The notes: generated by a model from the letters alone, not told the origin. Counted from the first letter of the stretch, positions 18,924-28,987 are shown. The stretch: DNA of 64,000 bases from a bacterium (GCA_027482685.1 JAIXVU010000001.1:11-64010), one strand, 5' to 3'. Translations and numbers: made by a program.

Positions 18924-20375
18924 ATGGCATCCATCGAAGAACTCCGCAGAGAACGCATGAAGAAACTAGAAGCCCTTCAGTCGCTCGGTGTGAATGCATA
19001 CCCAAGTGCCACATCTCAAACGCATGAACTTAGTAACGTTCTCACAGAGTTTATTTCACTTGATCAGTCACAAGAACAGATTATCGTTACAGGTCGTATC
19101 ATGTCATCTCGTGGACAGGGTGCTATCTCATTTATTGACCTCTACGATGGAACAGCACGCATGCAGGTAGTGATTAAGTTACCAGAGACTCCAGAGGAGA
19201 CGATGAACTTCTATCGTGAGTATGTTGATGTTGGGGACTTTATAGAAGTTACTGGCAAGGTGTTTGTAACAAAATCTGGCCAGCAGAGTATATTGGTAGA
19301 TACTATTGCAATGCTATCAAAGGCTCTTCTTCCGCTACCGGATAAATATCACGGGATACAAGATGAGGAACTTCGTATGCGCGAGAGGTATTTGGATATA
19401 CTCACTAACACAGAATTAAAAGAATTATTTATCAAGAAATCAAAGTTTTGGAATGTTACTCGTAGCTTCTTAACAGAGAAGGGCTTCCTTGAAGTTGAAA
19501 CTCCAACAATTGAGGTTACAACAGGAGGAGCAGAAGCTCGTCCGTTTGCAACACATCATAATGATTTTGATCTTGATGTGTACATGCGTATATCAGTAGG
19601 GGAATTGTGGCAGAAGAGATTGATGGCAGCAGGATTTCCTCGTACATTTGAGATAGGGCGTGTGTACCGCAATGAAGGGAGTTCGCCTGAGCATGTGCAG
19701 GAGTTTACTAACTGTGAGTTTTACATGGCATATGAGAACTACGAAGGTGGAATGAAATTGGTTGAAGAGTTATACAGGAAATTAGCAACGGATGTATTTG
19801 GTACAACAACATTTACAACACGTGGGCATACCTTTAATCTCGCAGATGAGTGGAAAAAGATTGACTATACTGACGAAATAAAACGTCAGACGGGGATAGA
19901 TATCGCAGTTGCAATAGACGATGATATAAAGGAGAAATTATCTGAGCTTCATGTAAAATATGACGGTAATAATCGTGAGCGATTGATAGACACTCTTTGG
20001 AAGTATTGCCGTAAGAATATTTCTGGTCCAGCATTTCTTATCAATCATCCACTCCTTGTTGCTCCACTTGCAAAAGCAAACAAGGATGGCAAAACTGCAC
20101 AGATATTCCAACCAATCCTCGCAGGTAGCGAGATAGGTAAGGGTTATAGTGAGTTAAATGATCCAATCGATCAGCGTAAACGCTTTGAGGTACAACAGGC
20201 ATTACTCGCAGGAGGGGATGAAGAAGCGATGATGGCAGATGATAGTTTTGTAGAGATGCTCGAGCATGGCATGCCACCAACATGTGGCTTCGGATTCGGT
20301 GAACGCCTCTTTGCATTCCTAGCTGATAAACCTATTCGCGAAGTGCACATGTTCCCACTTGTGAAGCCAAAATAA
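18924..20375 (+). CDS. lysS: Lysyl-tRNA synthetase (class II)
   Basis: GFLEVETP, GGAEARPF, YRNEG, YSELNDP, GMPPTCGFGFG. Confidence 0.97.
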   Translation: MASIEELRRERMKKLEALQSLGVNAYPSATSQTHELSNVLTEFISLDQSQEQIIVTGRIMSSRGQGAISFIDLYDGTARMQVVIKLPETPEETMNFYREYVDVGDFIEVTGKVFVTKSGQQSILVDTIAMLSKALLPLPDKYHGIQDEELRMRERYLDILTNTELKELFIKKSKFWNVTRSFLTEKGFLEVETPTIEVTTGGAEARPFATHHNDFDLDVYMRISVGELWQKRLMAAGFPRTFEIGRVYRNEGSSPEHVQEFTNCEFYMAYENYEGGMKLVEELYRKLATDVFGTTTFTTRGHTFNLADEWKKIDYTDEIKRQTGIDIAVAIDDDIKEKLSELHVKYDGNNRERLIDTLWKYCRKNISGPAFLINHPLLVAPLAKANKDGKTAQIFQPILAGSEIGKGYSELNDPIDQRKRFEVQQALLAGGDEEAMMADDSFVEMLEHGMPPTCGFGFGERLFAFLADKPIREVHMFPLVKPK

Positions 20376-20534
20376 ATGTGATTACTAATTTCATAATTAG
20401 TAGTATATCAGGCTGATTTCACAAAAGAGTAAGGGATTTATAAAGTTTTTACTATACTAATCCTGATCTGTTTGACTTTATGGTTATCATGAAGTAGTTT
20501 AGTAAAAGTTTGTTCAATCACCATGGAGGTCATG

Positions 20535-20840
20535 ATGCCAACTATCACAGTTCGGCTTGGAAGTACTCAAGATGTAACTACTTGCGAAGTTAGTGAAAAT
20601 GAACTTAAAGTGCTTAATTGTATAGGCGACAAAGAACTTACTCCGCTTCAGATTAGCAGGTTGATAAGTTATAAGGAAATCGAAAAGTCTAAACTTTATT
20701 CCATATTAGCAAAACTTCTTGCTAAAGGTCTCTTACAAAAAAAGCAAAAGTTTGTTCAAGAAGGTACCGCTTTGAAGAAAGCGGTATGTTATAAGAGAGC
20801 CTTTACTTTTGTTATTTTGATGATGGAAACAAAAGTGTAA
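20535..20840 (+). CDS. Orphan winged-HTH-like protein (cassette 5)
   Basis: ELKVLNCI...LTPLQISRLI...SKLYSILAKLLAKGLL pattern; GGAGG at 20525; GAA-loop hairpin 20844-20866. Confidence 0.7.
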   Translation: MPTITVRLGSTQDVTTCEVSENELKVLNCIGDKELTPLQISRLISYKEIEKSKLYSILAKLLAKGLLQKKQKFVQEGTALKKAVCYKRAFTFVILMMETKV

Positions 20841-20843
20841 AGT

Positions 20844-20866
20844 AAGCGCGACCGAAGGTCGCGCTT
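20844..20866 (+). terminator. GAA-loop hairpin terminator
   Basis: AAGCGCGACC-GAA-GGTCGCGCTT then GTTTTT; core identical to 18769 palindrome. Confidence 0.8.
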
Positions 20867-20950
20867 GTTTTTGTATCAACCATTCCCTAATCCCTAACCT
20901 CTAGACCCTAGTTCTGGATATCCACACTTTTTTCTAGGTATTTAGGTAGA

Positions 20951-20989
20951 AAGTGGAGTATAATGGGTGCTAGTGGGGGGAAGTGGGAG
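20951..20989 (+). promoter_or_regulatory. MraZ operator: four GTGG(G)-type boxes at 10-bp period
   Basis: GTGGA 20953, ATGGG 20963, GTGGG 20973, GTGGG 20983, overlapping TATAAT at 20959. Confidence 0.85.
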
Positions 20990-21135
20990 CTTCCAAAAAA
21001 GTTTTTAATTTTGCGAATTGCATAGAGGTTCCTCACTTTATCATCGTGGTGTACTTACCAGAGGCGTCACAAATAGAGGTGTCCTATGCATTTCGTTATA
21101 ATTAAAAACTTTTACCACACAATTTTTTAACAAAC

Positions 21136-21570
21136 ATGTTAATTGGTAAATACACTCACGATCTAGATCCAAAGAAACGACTAACGCTACCTTCAAAGTG
21201 GCGCCAGGATCTCGGGAAGAAAGTAGTAGTTACCAATGGGCTCGATAGTTCTTTATTTATTTTTTCGGTCAAAGAGTGGGAGAATGTCGCGGTTAAGCTA
21301 TCTCAAGGGGGATTCGGGAACAAGGATACTCGTGACTTCAACAGGTTTATCTTAGGTAATGCCTTTGAGACTGATGTTGATGCCGCAGGACGTATCGTTA
21401 TTCCAGATACTCTAAAGCATTTTGCAAAGCTTAGTGGTAAAGTAGTCCTCGCTGGTATGCATTCACGAGTTGAACTCTGGGATGAAACTGCTTGGAATAC
21501 ATTTACCACAAAAGTAAGCGGCGAAGCAGATGTCTTAGCAGGGAAGTTGAGTGATCTAGGAATTCTATAA
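21136..21570 (+). CDS. mraZ: Transcriptional regulator MraZ
   Basis: LDPKKRLTLPSKWR, VDAAGRIVIP, VELWD. Confidence 0.96.
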   Translation: MLIGKYTHDLDPKKRLTLPSKWRQDLGKKVVVTNGLDSSLFIFSVKEWENVAVKLSQGGFGNKDTRDFNRFILGNAFETDVDAAGRIVIPDTLKHFAKLSGKVVLAGMHSRVELWDETAWNTFTTKVSGEADVLAGKLSDLGIL

Positions 21571-21633
21571 TTGTATTTGCATCTGAATTTCCTAGACCCT
21601 AGATCTTAATCCCTAACAATCTAACCTCAAGTT

Positions 21634-22542
21634 ATGTCTCACATCCCTGTACTCCTTCACGAATCAATTGATGCTCTCCAGATTAAACGTGGAGGCATCT
21701 ACGTTGATTGTACGACTAATCGTGGTGGGCACAGTAAAGAGATTGCGGAACTTCTTGGCAAGACTGGTACGCTTATCTGTATCGACTTAGATACCGACGC
21801 CTTGAGAGAAGCAGAAGCTAATCTAATGCAGATAGATAATCACCCGCGTTACATTTTCGTTCACTCTAACTTTCGTCACCTAGGTACCATCCTCGTGACA
21901 CACGGGATAGAGCGCGTTGATGGAATTCTCGCTGACCTCGGTCTATCATCACAAGAGTTAGATAGTGCGGGACGTGGATTCACATTCAGATACGACGAAC
22001 CGCTCCTAATGACATTTGACCCTCATCCAACAGATGATATGACGACAGCATATGACATCATTAACAACTGGGGAGAGGAATCAATTGCAGATGTCCTCTA
22101 CGGGTATGCAGATGAGAGATATGCAAAACGTATCGCAAAGAAGATAGTAGAGACTAGAATAAGCAAGGAGATAAAGACCACATTCCAGCTAGTTGATATC
22201 ATCGCTTCTGCAGTGCCGACACTCTATCGTCATCGCAAGACCCACTTTGCAACGAAGACTTTCCAAGCACTTCGTATGGCAGCAAATGACGAGCTTACAA
22301 GTATCAAAGAAATGATACACACAGCATCATCTGTTCTTGCTTACGATGGTCGACTTGCGATTATAACTTTTCACAGTACAGAGGATAGAGTAGTGAAGCA
22401 CACTCTCAAAGAGTACAGAGACATCCTCACCCTCACTAGCAAAAAGCCAATTGTTCCAAGCGAAGAAGAATTAAACACTAACCCACGCGCACGTAGCGCA
22501 CAATTACGAGTAGCTTATAAACCATTACCAAAGTATAACTAA
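21634..22542 (+). CDS. rsmH: 16S rRNA m4C1402 methyltransferase
   Basis: HIPVLLHE, DLGLSSQELD, FQALRMAAN, NPRARSAQLR. Confidence 0.97.
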   Translation: MSHIPVLLHESIDALQIKRGGIYVDCTTNRGGHSKEIAELLGKTGTLICIDLDTDALREAEANLMQIDNHPRYIFVHSNFRHLGTILVTHGIERVDGILADLGLSSQELDSAGRGFTFRYDEPLLMTFDPHPTDDMTTAYDIINNWGEESIADVLYGYADERYAKRIAKKIVETRISKEIKTTFQLVDIIASAVPTLYRHRKTHFATKTFQALRMAANDELTSIKEMIHTASSVLAYDGRLAIITFHSTEDRVVKHTLKEYRDILTLTSKKPIVPSEEELNTNPRARSAQLRVAYKPLPKYN

Positions 22543-22555
22543 AACGTTCATAAGT

Positions 22556-22873
22556 ATGAAAAAGCATCTAACACACGCACAATTTTTTGAAAAGACGGTC
22601 CATGCAATGCTTTTTACACTTTCTATAATTGCACTCGTATATTGTGTAGTGTTACTCTCACTCGTATTTTCTGTTATTGAACGTAAACAAAATATTATTG
22701 CATCTCGTGATCTTACATCACGTCTAAGTACTCTTGAGGCAACATACGCTAATACAGTAGCTTCTATCAATGATGCGAAGCTAGCAGAATATAACTACAA
22801 GCGTGTTGACGGGACTACATTTGCTGTACGAAAAGATTCGATTGCCACCTATTCTGTTCTTTATGCGCGCTAA
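22556..22873 (+). CDS. FtsL-like cell division protein
   Basis: TM helix plus coiled coil between rsmH and ftsI. Confidence 0.65.
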   Translation: MKKHLTHAQFFEKTVHAMLFTLSIIALVYCVVLLSLVFSVIERKQNIIASRDLTSRLSTLEATYANTVASINDAKLAEYNYKRVDGTTFAVRKDSIATYSVLYAR

Positions 22874-24620
22874 GAGGAATAATCCTACACCTCAACTCAC
22901 CGAAGACCAAAAGCTACGCTCGATAGATAGAGCAGGTATCGTTATCGGCGTGTTTTTTTTAGTCGGTATGGTTATCCTTGGAAAAGCTTTTTATATACAA
23001 GTTATTAATCACAAGCATTACACAGAGCTTGCTGATAAACAATATATATCCTTGACAGGAGGAGGGTTCGACCGAGGGGCTATATATTTTGCACACTATA
23101 AAAATGAGCCGGGTATTGCAGCTGAGCTTCGTAGTGTCTATCGTATCGCTGTTAATCCTAATCAGATAACAGATAAGGAAATGGTATACAAAGAATTGTC
23201 ACAGCATATTGATATAGATAAAGATGACTTCATGACAAGAGCCTCAAAGCAAAATGATCCGTATGAAGAAATTGCTAAGAATGTGAGTGAGGAAGTGGTT
23301 AAGAAGCTTCGAGAAAAAAATTTGGTTGGCATTTCATACATAAAAGAAAATAAACGTGCATATCCACAAGATGAAGTCGCTGCGTCTACTATTGGATTTG
23401 TCGGTAATGATGGTACTCGTGTGCGCGGGCAGTACGGAGTTGAGAGATACTATGACGATGTGTTATCTCGTGTAGCGAGTAATCGACGTGTTAATTTTTT
23501 TGCAGAACTTTTTACTAATATAGAAAAAACTATTGCGTCAAATACTGACATGATGGAAGGAGATGTCATGCTCACTATAGATGTCGAAGCACAACGCGCC
23601 CTTCATAACATATTGGTAGAGACTAGAAATCAGTGGAAATCAGATACAATTGGTGGCATCATCATGGACCCAAAGACTGGTGAGATTGTTGCCATGGACT
23701 CTCTCCCATCATTTAACCCTAATGACTTTAGTGGCGTAGAAGATACAAGTGTTTTTGTTAATCAGAATGTATCAGGTGTATATGAGATGGGGAGTATTAT
23801 TAAACCTCTCACTATGGCGGCAGCCTTTGATAGCGGTGCTGTTACATTAGAGACAACGTATAACGATACAGGTATTCGAGAGCTAAATGGGTATAAGGTA
23901 AAGAACTATGATAGCCAAGCGAGAGGTCCTAACACCACCATGCAGACAATACTTGATAAGTCACTTAACGTTGGTATTGTTTTTCTAGTAGAGCAGTTAG
24001 GTATCAAACGTTTTGCAGAATATTTTAACAATTTCGGTATCGGAGAAGAGACTGGCATTGATCTTCCAAATGAAGCAAAAGGATTGAGTAAGAATCTTAA
24101 GAGTGGAGTCTTGGTTGATAGTGCTACAGCTGGATTCGGTCAGGGGATTGCTATTACTCCGATACAGACAATACGCGCGCTTGGTGCATTAGCTAACCAC
24201 GGCAAGCTAGTTACACCTCATGTTGTAAAAAGCATAGTGTACAAAAATGGTACTGTGAAAAAAATAGTCCAAGACGAACAAGATCAAGTTATCAGTGAAA
24301 AAACTAGTGAAGCTGTTTCTCGTATGCTTGTGCATGTTGTTGATACATCACTTAATAAAGGCACATTAAAAATGGATGGTTACAGTATTGCTGCAAAGAC
24401 CGGTACCGCCCAGATGGTAAAGCCAGGCGGTGGATACTATGAAGGTAGATATCTCCACTCGTTCTTTGGATATTTTCCAGCGTATGAGCCTAGGTATATT
24501 GTTTTCTTATTCCACACGTATCCTAAGGGTGCTGAGTATGCATCTGCAACACTAAGTGAGCCATTTTTCAAAATCGTAAAATTCTTGATTAGCTACTACG
24601 AGATACCACCAGATAGATAG
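22863..24620 (+). CDS. ftsI: Division transpeptidase PBP3
   Basis: RGAIY, YEMGSIIK, SLN, KTGTAQ; start moved to 22863. Confidence 0.93.
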   Translation: MRAKRNNPTPQLTEDQKLRSIDRAGIVIGVFFLVGMVILGKAFYIQVINHKHYTELADKQYISLTGGGFDRGAIYFAHYKNEPGIAAELRSVYRIAVNPNQITDKEMVYKELSQHIDIDKDDFMTRASKQNDPYEEIAKNVSEEVVKKLREKNLVGISYIKENKRAYPQDEVAASTIGFVGNDGTRVRGQYGVERYYDDVLSRVASNRRVNFFAELFTNIEKTIASNTDMMEGDVMLTIDVEAQRALHNILVETRNQWKSDTIGGIIMDPKTGEIVAMDSLPSFNPNDFSGVEDTSVFVNQNVSGVYEMGSIIKPLTMAAAFDSGAVTLETTYNDTGIRELNGYKVKNYDSQARGPNTTMQTILDKSLNVGIVFLVEQLGIKRFAEYFNNFGIGEETGIDLPNEAKGLSKNLKSGVLVDSATAGFGQGIAITPIQTIRALGALANHGKLVTPHVVKSIVYKNGTVKKIVQDEQDQVISEKTSEAVSRMLVHVVDTSLNKGTLKMDGYSIAAKTGTAQMVKPGGGYYEGRYLHSFFGYFPAYEPRYIVFLFHTYPKGAEYASATLSEPFFKIVKFLISYYEIPPDR

Positions 24621-24699
24621 TTCTTGTGCACTAGACAAAAACTAAAAAACGTTGTAGTATATTTCCATACTGTTGTTTTGTCCAAGAAAGGTGTAAGCA

Positions 24700-24876
24700 A
24701 TGAAAGAAAGAAAATCACTTCCCACTCTGTCTCTTGTCGCGTGGATGAGAGTGCGATTTGCGAGGTTCGATCCGCCAACATACGGCGAACTGTGGGTCAG
24801 AACTCTTCTCTTTCTGTCTTCACGTTTGAGAAGCCTTTCTCTCAGGCTCGAACGCGCTGCAAAAAAGCACAAGTGA
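24700..24876 (+). CDS. 58-aa basic orphan peptide missing from ORF track (cassette 6)
   Basis: MKERKSLPTLSLVAWMRVRFARFDPPTYGELWVRTLLFLSSRLRSLSLRLERAAKKHK; TAGACA(24632)-17-TAGTAT, SD AAGAAAGGT, 15-bp hairpin 24885-24917. Confidence 0.65.
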   Translation: MKERKSLPTLSLVAWMRVRFARFDPPTYGELWVRTLLFLSSRLRSLSLRLERAAKKHK

Positions 24877-24884
24877 CGAAGTGA

Positions 24885-24917
24885 AAAGGCCGTACCCACG
24901 TTGTGGGTACGGCCTTT
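24885..24917. terminator. 15-bp perfect hairpin
   Basis: AAAGGCCGTACCCAC-GTT-GTGGGTACGGCCTTT. Confidence 0.8.
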
Positions 24918-24942
24918 CCTACAATGCTATACTATTGCAATC

Positions 24943-26373
24943 ATGGTTAACCCTGTACGTGTACAAAAAATCACCGAAAAAGATTACAGTAATGGCACTG
25001 TTATCTACGAGATGTGTCGCGAGCTACGCGCGCATGATAATGACGCACTGCTTTTCGCTCAGGATCTTGCAAAAAGTAATGGGTGTAAGCTTGTAGTGCA
25101 CTACCGTATCTATAACTATCTTTGGCAAGGTGCAACCGCACGCTTTTACGACTGGGTCATAGCATCTCTTAAAGAAGTTGAAGCAACACTCCGTGTGCAT
25201 GCTATCCCTCTTGTGATTATCTTCGAAGATAACAAGTTGTACGCACGTGATACTAAGATATCTCATATACCTCATGATACTGGCGCAGTAGTGATAGAAG
25301 AGATACCGCTACACTTTGCTCGCAAGTGGAAAGATATCTATCTCGCTCATCACAATACTATTCCACTCTATGAAGTCGATGCGCGTAACTGTATTCCAGT
25401 ATGGGAGTTGTCACATAAGCAGGAATTTGCAGCTCGTACAATCCGCTCAAAAGTACACGCGAAGTTAGGAGGGTACCTAGAAGAATATGACAAACTTACC
25501 ACACATACCGCAAATGCTGATCTGCTCACAAAGATGCAACCGATAGATTGGAATGATATTCGCAAAAAGATTATATGTGATGAATCCGTAGCTGAAGTTG
25601 ATTGGATACATGCAGGTGAGAAGGCCGCTCATAAGCAACTCACTCACTTCCTTTCAGAAAAGTTACAAGAGTATGATGAGTCTCGCAATAGTATCAACAT
25701 TGATGGTCAGAGTAACCTCTCACCATACATATCTCATGGCAATATTTCACGTCGACGTATTGTACTAGAGTTACTTAGGACAACTGGGGTGGAGATTCGT
25801 AGTGCGTTTGATCCAGTACAGAATGGCTCAAACGGGAAGTTGGGTAGTATCGCAGCATTTATCGAAGAGTGCGTAGTGCGAGCAGAACTCTGTGAAAACT
25901 TTTGTTACTACAACCACGCGTATGATAAGGTCACAGGCTTTCCAGCGTGGGCAAAGGAGACGCTTGACGCTCATAAACATGACGCGCGAGAGTATACGTA
26001 TACATATAAGCAATTAGAAAAAGGAGAAACTCACGACAGGTTATGGAACGCTGCACAGTTACAAATGGTGCAGACTGGTAAGATGCATGGGTACATGCGT
26101 ATGTACTGGGCAAAGAAAATACTAGAGTGGACCAAGTCCCCAGAGGATGCTATGAAGTTCGCAGTGAAGCTAAACGATACCTATGAGCTAGATGGACGAG
26201 ACGTTGGCGGGTATGTTGGATGTGCATGGTCAATAGGTGGCGTGCATGATAGGCCGTGGTTCACGCGTCCGATATTCGGTACTATTCGCTACATGGCAGT
26301 AAGTGGCGTTGAGAAACGTGGTAGTATAGAAGAATATATAACGAAGTTCGCTTCTCCTCCAAAACTTGTATGA
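24943..26373 (+). CDS. phr: Class II CPD photolyase
   Basis: LRAHDNDAL, SNLSPY, GKMHGYMRMYWAKKILEW, YELDGRD, WSIGGVHDRPW; start moved to 24943. Confidence 0.95.
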   Translation: MVNPVRVQKITEKDYSNGTVIYEMCRELRAHDNDALLFAQDLAKSNGCKLVVHYRIYNYLWQGATARFYDWVIASLKEVEATLRVHAIPLVIIFEDNKLYARDTKISHIPHDTGAVVIEEIPLHFARKWKDIYLAHHNTIPLYEVDARNCIPVWELSHKQEFAARTIRSKVHAKLGGYLEEYDKLTTHTANADLLTKMQPIDWNDIRKKIICDESVAEVDWIHAGEKAAHKQLTHFLSEKLQEYDESRNSINIDGQSNLSPYISHGNISRRRIVLELLRTTGVEIRSAFDPVQNGSNGKLGSIAAFIEECVVRAELCENFCYYNHAYDKVTGFPAWAKETLDAHKHDAREYTYTYKQLEKGETHDRLWNAAQLQMVQTGKMHGYMRMYWAKKILEWTKSPEDAMKFAVKLNDTYELDGRDVGGYVGCAWSIGGVHDRPWFTRPIFGTIRYMAVSGVEKRGSIEEYITKFASPPKLV

Positions 26374-27344
26374 AAAAATCAAACAATAGTTTCCCGAAAA
26401 AAGTAAGTACAAACAAAGCCACGAAACCATTTGCAGATAAAGCACCAAGGACAACAGTCATGAATTATGATTCTCCTCGAAAGATAGACAAAAGATTAAA
26501 CTTTAAAAATCCTGATAGATTAGCTGATATAGAATCTCGTCCGAAGCCGATGAGTAAGAGTAAGCATAAGCCAGTAGTAGATACATCATGGGGAACAGTT
26601 GCATCATGGTACGACAGTCATCTAGAAAAGAGTGATGATACCTATCATGCAAAAGTTATCTTCCCGAATCTTCTACGACTACTTGATGATGTTAAAGGTA
26701 AGAAGATTTTAGACCTTGCATGTGGGCAGGGGGTGTTTACTCGTGAGCTACATAGTAAGGGGGCGCTTGTAACAGGTACAGACATCGCAAAGGAACTCCT
26801 TACAATTGCAGAAGAGAAGGGTAAAGCATCAAAAGTCATCCCTAAGATAACCTACATACGAACAAGTGCAGATGATCTTTATATGTTGAAAGACAACACA
26901 TTTGATATTGTCATCTGTATTCTCGCACTTCAAAACATCGAGAACATGCAAAAGACAGTGAAGGAAGCATCTCGAGTGCTCACAACAGGAGGGCGATTTA
27001 TCTTCGTACTTAATCATCCGTCGTTCCGCAATCCTCGTCAGTCCGCATGGGGCTACGATGAGCATACGAGCATGCAGTACAGACGAGTGGACGAGTACAT
27101 GTCAGAGTCTCATGTGAAGATAGACATGACACCAGGGAGTAAAGCCGACAAGAAGTTCACTGTGTCATTCCACCGACCTCTTCAGGTATATGTAAAAGCA
27201 CTTTCAAAAGCAGGCTTTACTATTACTCACCTTGAAGAGTGGATTAGTCACCGTACAAGTGAAAAGGGGCCGAAGCAGCGCGCGGAGGATAGGGCTAGGA
27301 AAGAGATTCCATTATTCATGTGCCTCGAATCTAAAAAAGTATAA
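26370..27344 (+). CDS. Class I SAM-dependent methyltransferase
   Basis: ILDLACGQG, FDIVIC, NHPSF, FHRPL; start uncertain (Lys-rich extension). Confidence 0.9.
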   Translation: MKKSNNSFPKKVSTNKATKPFADKAPRTTVMNYDSPRKIDKRLNFKNPDRLADIESRPKPMSKSKHKPVVDTSWGTVASWYDSHLEKSDDTYHAKVIFPNLLRLLDDVKGKKILDLACGQGVFTRELHSKGALVTGTDIAKELLTIAEEKGKASKVIPKITYIRTSADDLYMLKDNTFDIVICILALQNIENMQKTVKEASRVLTTGGRFIFVLNHPSFRNPRQSAWGYDEHTSMQYRRVDEYMSESHVKIDMTPGSKADKKFTVSFHRPLQVYVKALSKAGFTITHLEEWISHRTSEKGPKQRAEDRARKEIPLFMCLESKKV

Positions 27345-27465
27345 AACTTCCGTACTTGGCGACCTTTTTTGTAGAAATTTCTAATTCATTCGTCAATGTA
27401 GGTTCACTACACCTCCTCATGAATTTTCGTTTCCCCTCAAATCTCTTCCAGGTATGAAAGTTTTA
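27342..27465. mobile_element. ~124-bp structured element, copy C
   Basis: IR TAAAACTTCCGTACTTGG / CCAGGTATGAAAGTTTTA (15/18) starting at stop codon; central TCGTCAATGTAG-GTTCA-CTACACCTCCTC. Confidence 0.6.
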
Positions 27466-27578
27466 GTAATGTGTGGTGAACTTCCTTGAATTTCATCTAA
27501 TTTCTAAACTTTTCAATTCCAGTTTATTTATAATTCTCGCGAAAATAATTCTATGCTACACTAGAAAAATATAAAAAT

Positions 27579-28238
27579 ATGAAAAAGTTATCACATTTCT
27601 TAAAAACACCTCAAGGTAAAATTATTAGCGGAATCGTCGGTATTATCGTGCTTCTCTTTGCATACTATTTTTACGCAATGAGTAAAGTAGAAGCTACCCC
27701 AACATCCACCGAAATAACCATCTCAGAAAAAGACCATGTCCGTGGCAAAGGGGGAGCAAAGGTAACTATTGTTGAGTTCGCAGACTTCCAGTGCCCAGCA
27801 TGTCGCGCGTATGAACCGCTTGTTCGTAAAGTAGTTGAGGATAACAAAGACACAGTACAGCTCGTGTTCCGTAACTTCCCACTTACTCAGATCCACCCTA
27901 ACGCTCTCTTAGCTGCAAAGGCAGCTGAGGCTGCTGGTGTACAAGGTAAGTTCTGGGAGATGCATGATGTGCTCTATGACAAGCAAGATGAATGGTCATC
28001 AGCGCTTAACGCTCGTGACAAGTTCATGGTCTATGCAACGACTCTTGGTCTTGATATGACTAAGTTCGCTCAGGATCTTAACAGTAAGGAGATAGAAGAT
28101 AAGATACGTGCTGAGATGAAGGAAGGCGTAGCTCTCGGGGTGCAAGGCACACCATCATTCTTCGTTAATGGTAAGAAGATAGAGAACCCTCGTTCAGTAG
28201 AAGCATTCGATAAAATTGTAAAAGACGCTGCTGAATAG
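27579..28238 (+). CDS. DsbA-family thiol-disulfide oxidoreductase, membrane anchored
   Basis: EFADFQCPAC, FRNFPL, GVQGTPSFFVNG. Confidence 0.93.
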   Translation: MKKLSHFLKTPQGKIISGIVGIIVLLFAYYFYAMSKVEATPTSTEITISEKDHVRGKGGAKVTIVEFADFQCPACRAYEPLVRKVVEDNKDTVQLVFRNFPLTQIHPNALLAAKAAEAAGVQGKFWEMHDVLYDKQDEWSSALNARDKFMVYATTLGLDMTKFAQDLNSKEIEDKIRAEMKEGVALGVQGTPSFFVNGKKIENPRSVEAFDKIVKDAAE

Positions 28239-28272
28239 TTAGCGCTAACCCCTAACCTCTAGCCCCTAACAT

Positions 28273-28500
28273 ATGATAAAAGAATTCCTCCTCAAACAAG
28301 CAGTCAAACGTGGCGCAAAAGATCTTCCAAAAGAACAACAGGAAATGCTCACCAAAGCGGTAGAACAGAACCCAGAGCTTTTCAGTAAGATTGCAAAAGA
28401 AATCGAAGCCTTGAAGAAATCCGGTAAGCCAGAGATGTACGCAGCACTTGATGTGATGAAGAAGTATCAGAAGGAACTTTCGGTACTTTTTAAGCAGTAA
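28273..28500 (+). CDS. Small helical hypothetical protein
   Basis: 75 aa, native-type leader; NPELFSKIAKEI. Confidence 0.75.
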   Translation: MIKEFLLKQAVKRGAKDLPKEQQEMLTKAVEQNPELFSKIAKEIEALKKSGKPEMYAALDVMKKYQKELSVLFKQ

Positions 28501-28503
28501 TTA

Positions 28504-28902
28504 ATGAATCCTAATTTTTCTGGTGCGCCATCTCAAAATATACAAAAACCGACTGACATTGAAAGAGAACCATATCTTGATTTAATAAATGATTTTGGTG
28601 TATTTATTAGCCTTAATGCCGTAGCACTTGATACACAAATTATTCCAGGTAAAGAAAAAGAATTATTGGAATTGCGTCAAGTATTAAGAAAGCCTGTCAT
28701 TAACGGCCAAACATTCACTGAGTTTCTTTCTAATAACCATCAAAGTCTGACGAAACCACAAGTTGCGGAGGCTCTTATTTCACAAATTTACAACTTTTTG
28801 TTGTATATAGAGCCAGGACTATCAATATTCACAACAGATGCTGCTTGGCCTAAAAGATTCAATGTTATTAAAGAAAAGTATAGTAAATTAGTACGTGCAT
28901 AA
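28504..28902 (+). CDS. Hypothetical protein
   Basis: 132-aa ORF 3 nt after previous stop. Confidence 0.7.
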   Translation: MNPNFSGAPSQNIQKPTDIEREPYLDLINDFGVFISLNAVALDTQIIPGKEKELLELRQVLRKPVINGQTFTEFLSNNHQSLTKPQVAEALISQIYNFLLYIEPGLSIFTTDAAWPKRFNVIKEKYSKLVRA

Positions 28903-28987
28903 TTTTGGGATATTTGTGGTTGAGTCTACATATTAAATAGACACTTTAGCAGCAGTCTAACTATTTTCTCTGGTATACTGCTTGCAT

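Noticed and set aside
24624-24899. Track ORFs 24624..24884(+) and 24642..24899(-)
   Set aside because: They overlap the promoter or hairpin and lack an RBS; the SD-led frame 24700..24876 explains the locus better.
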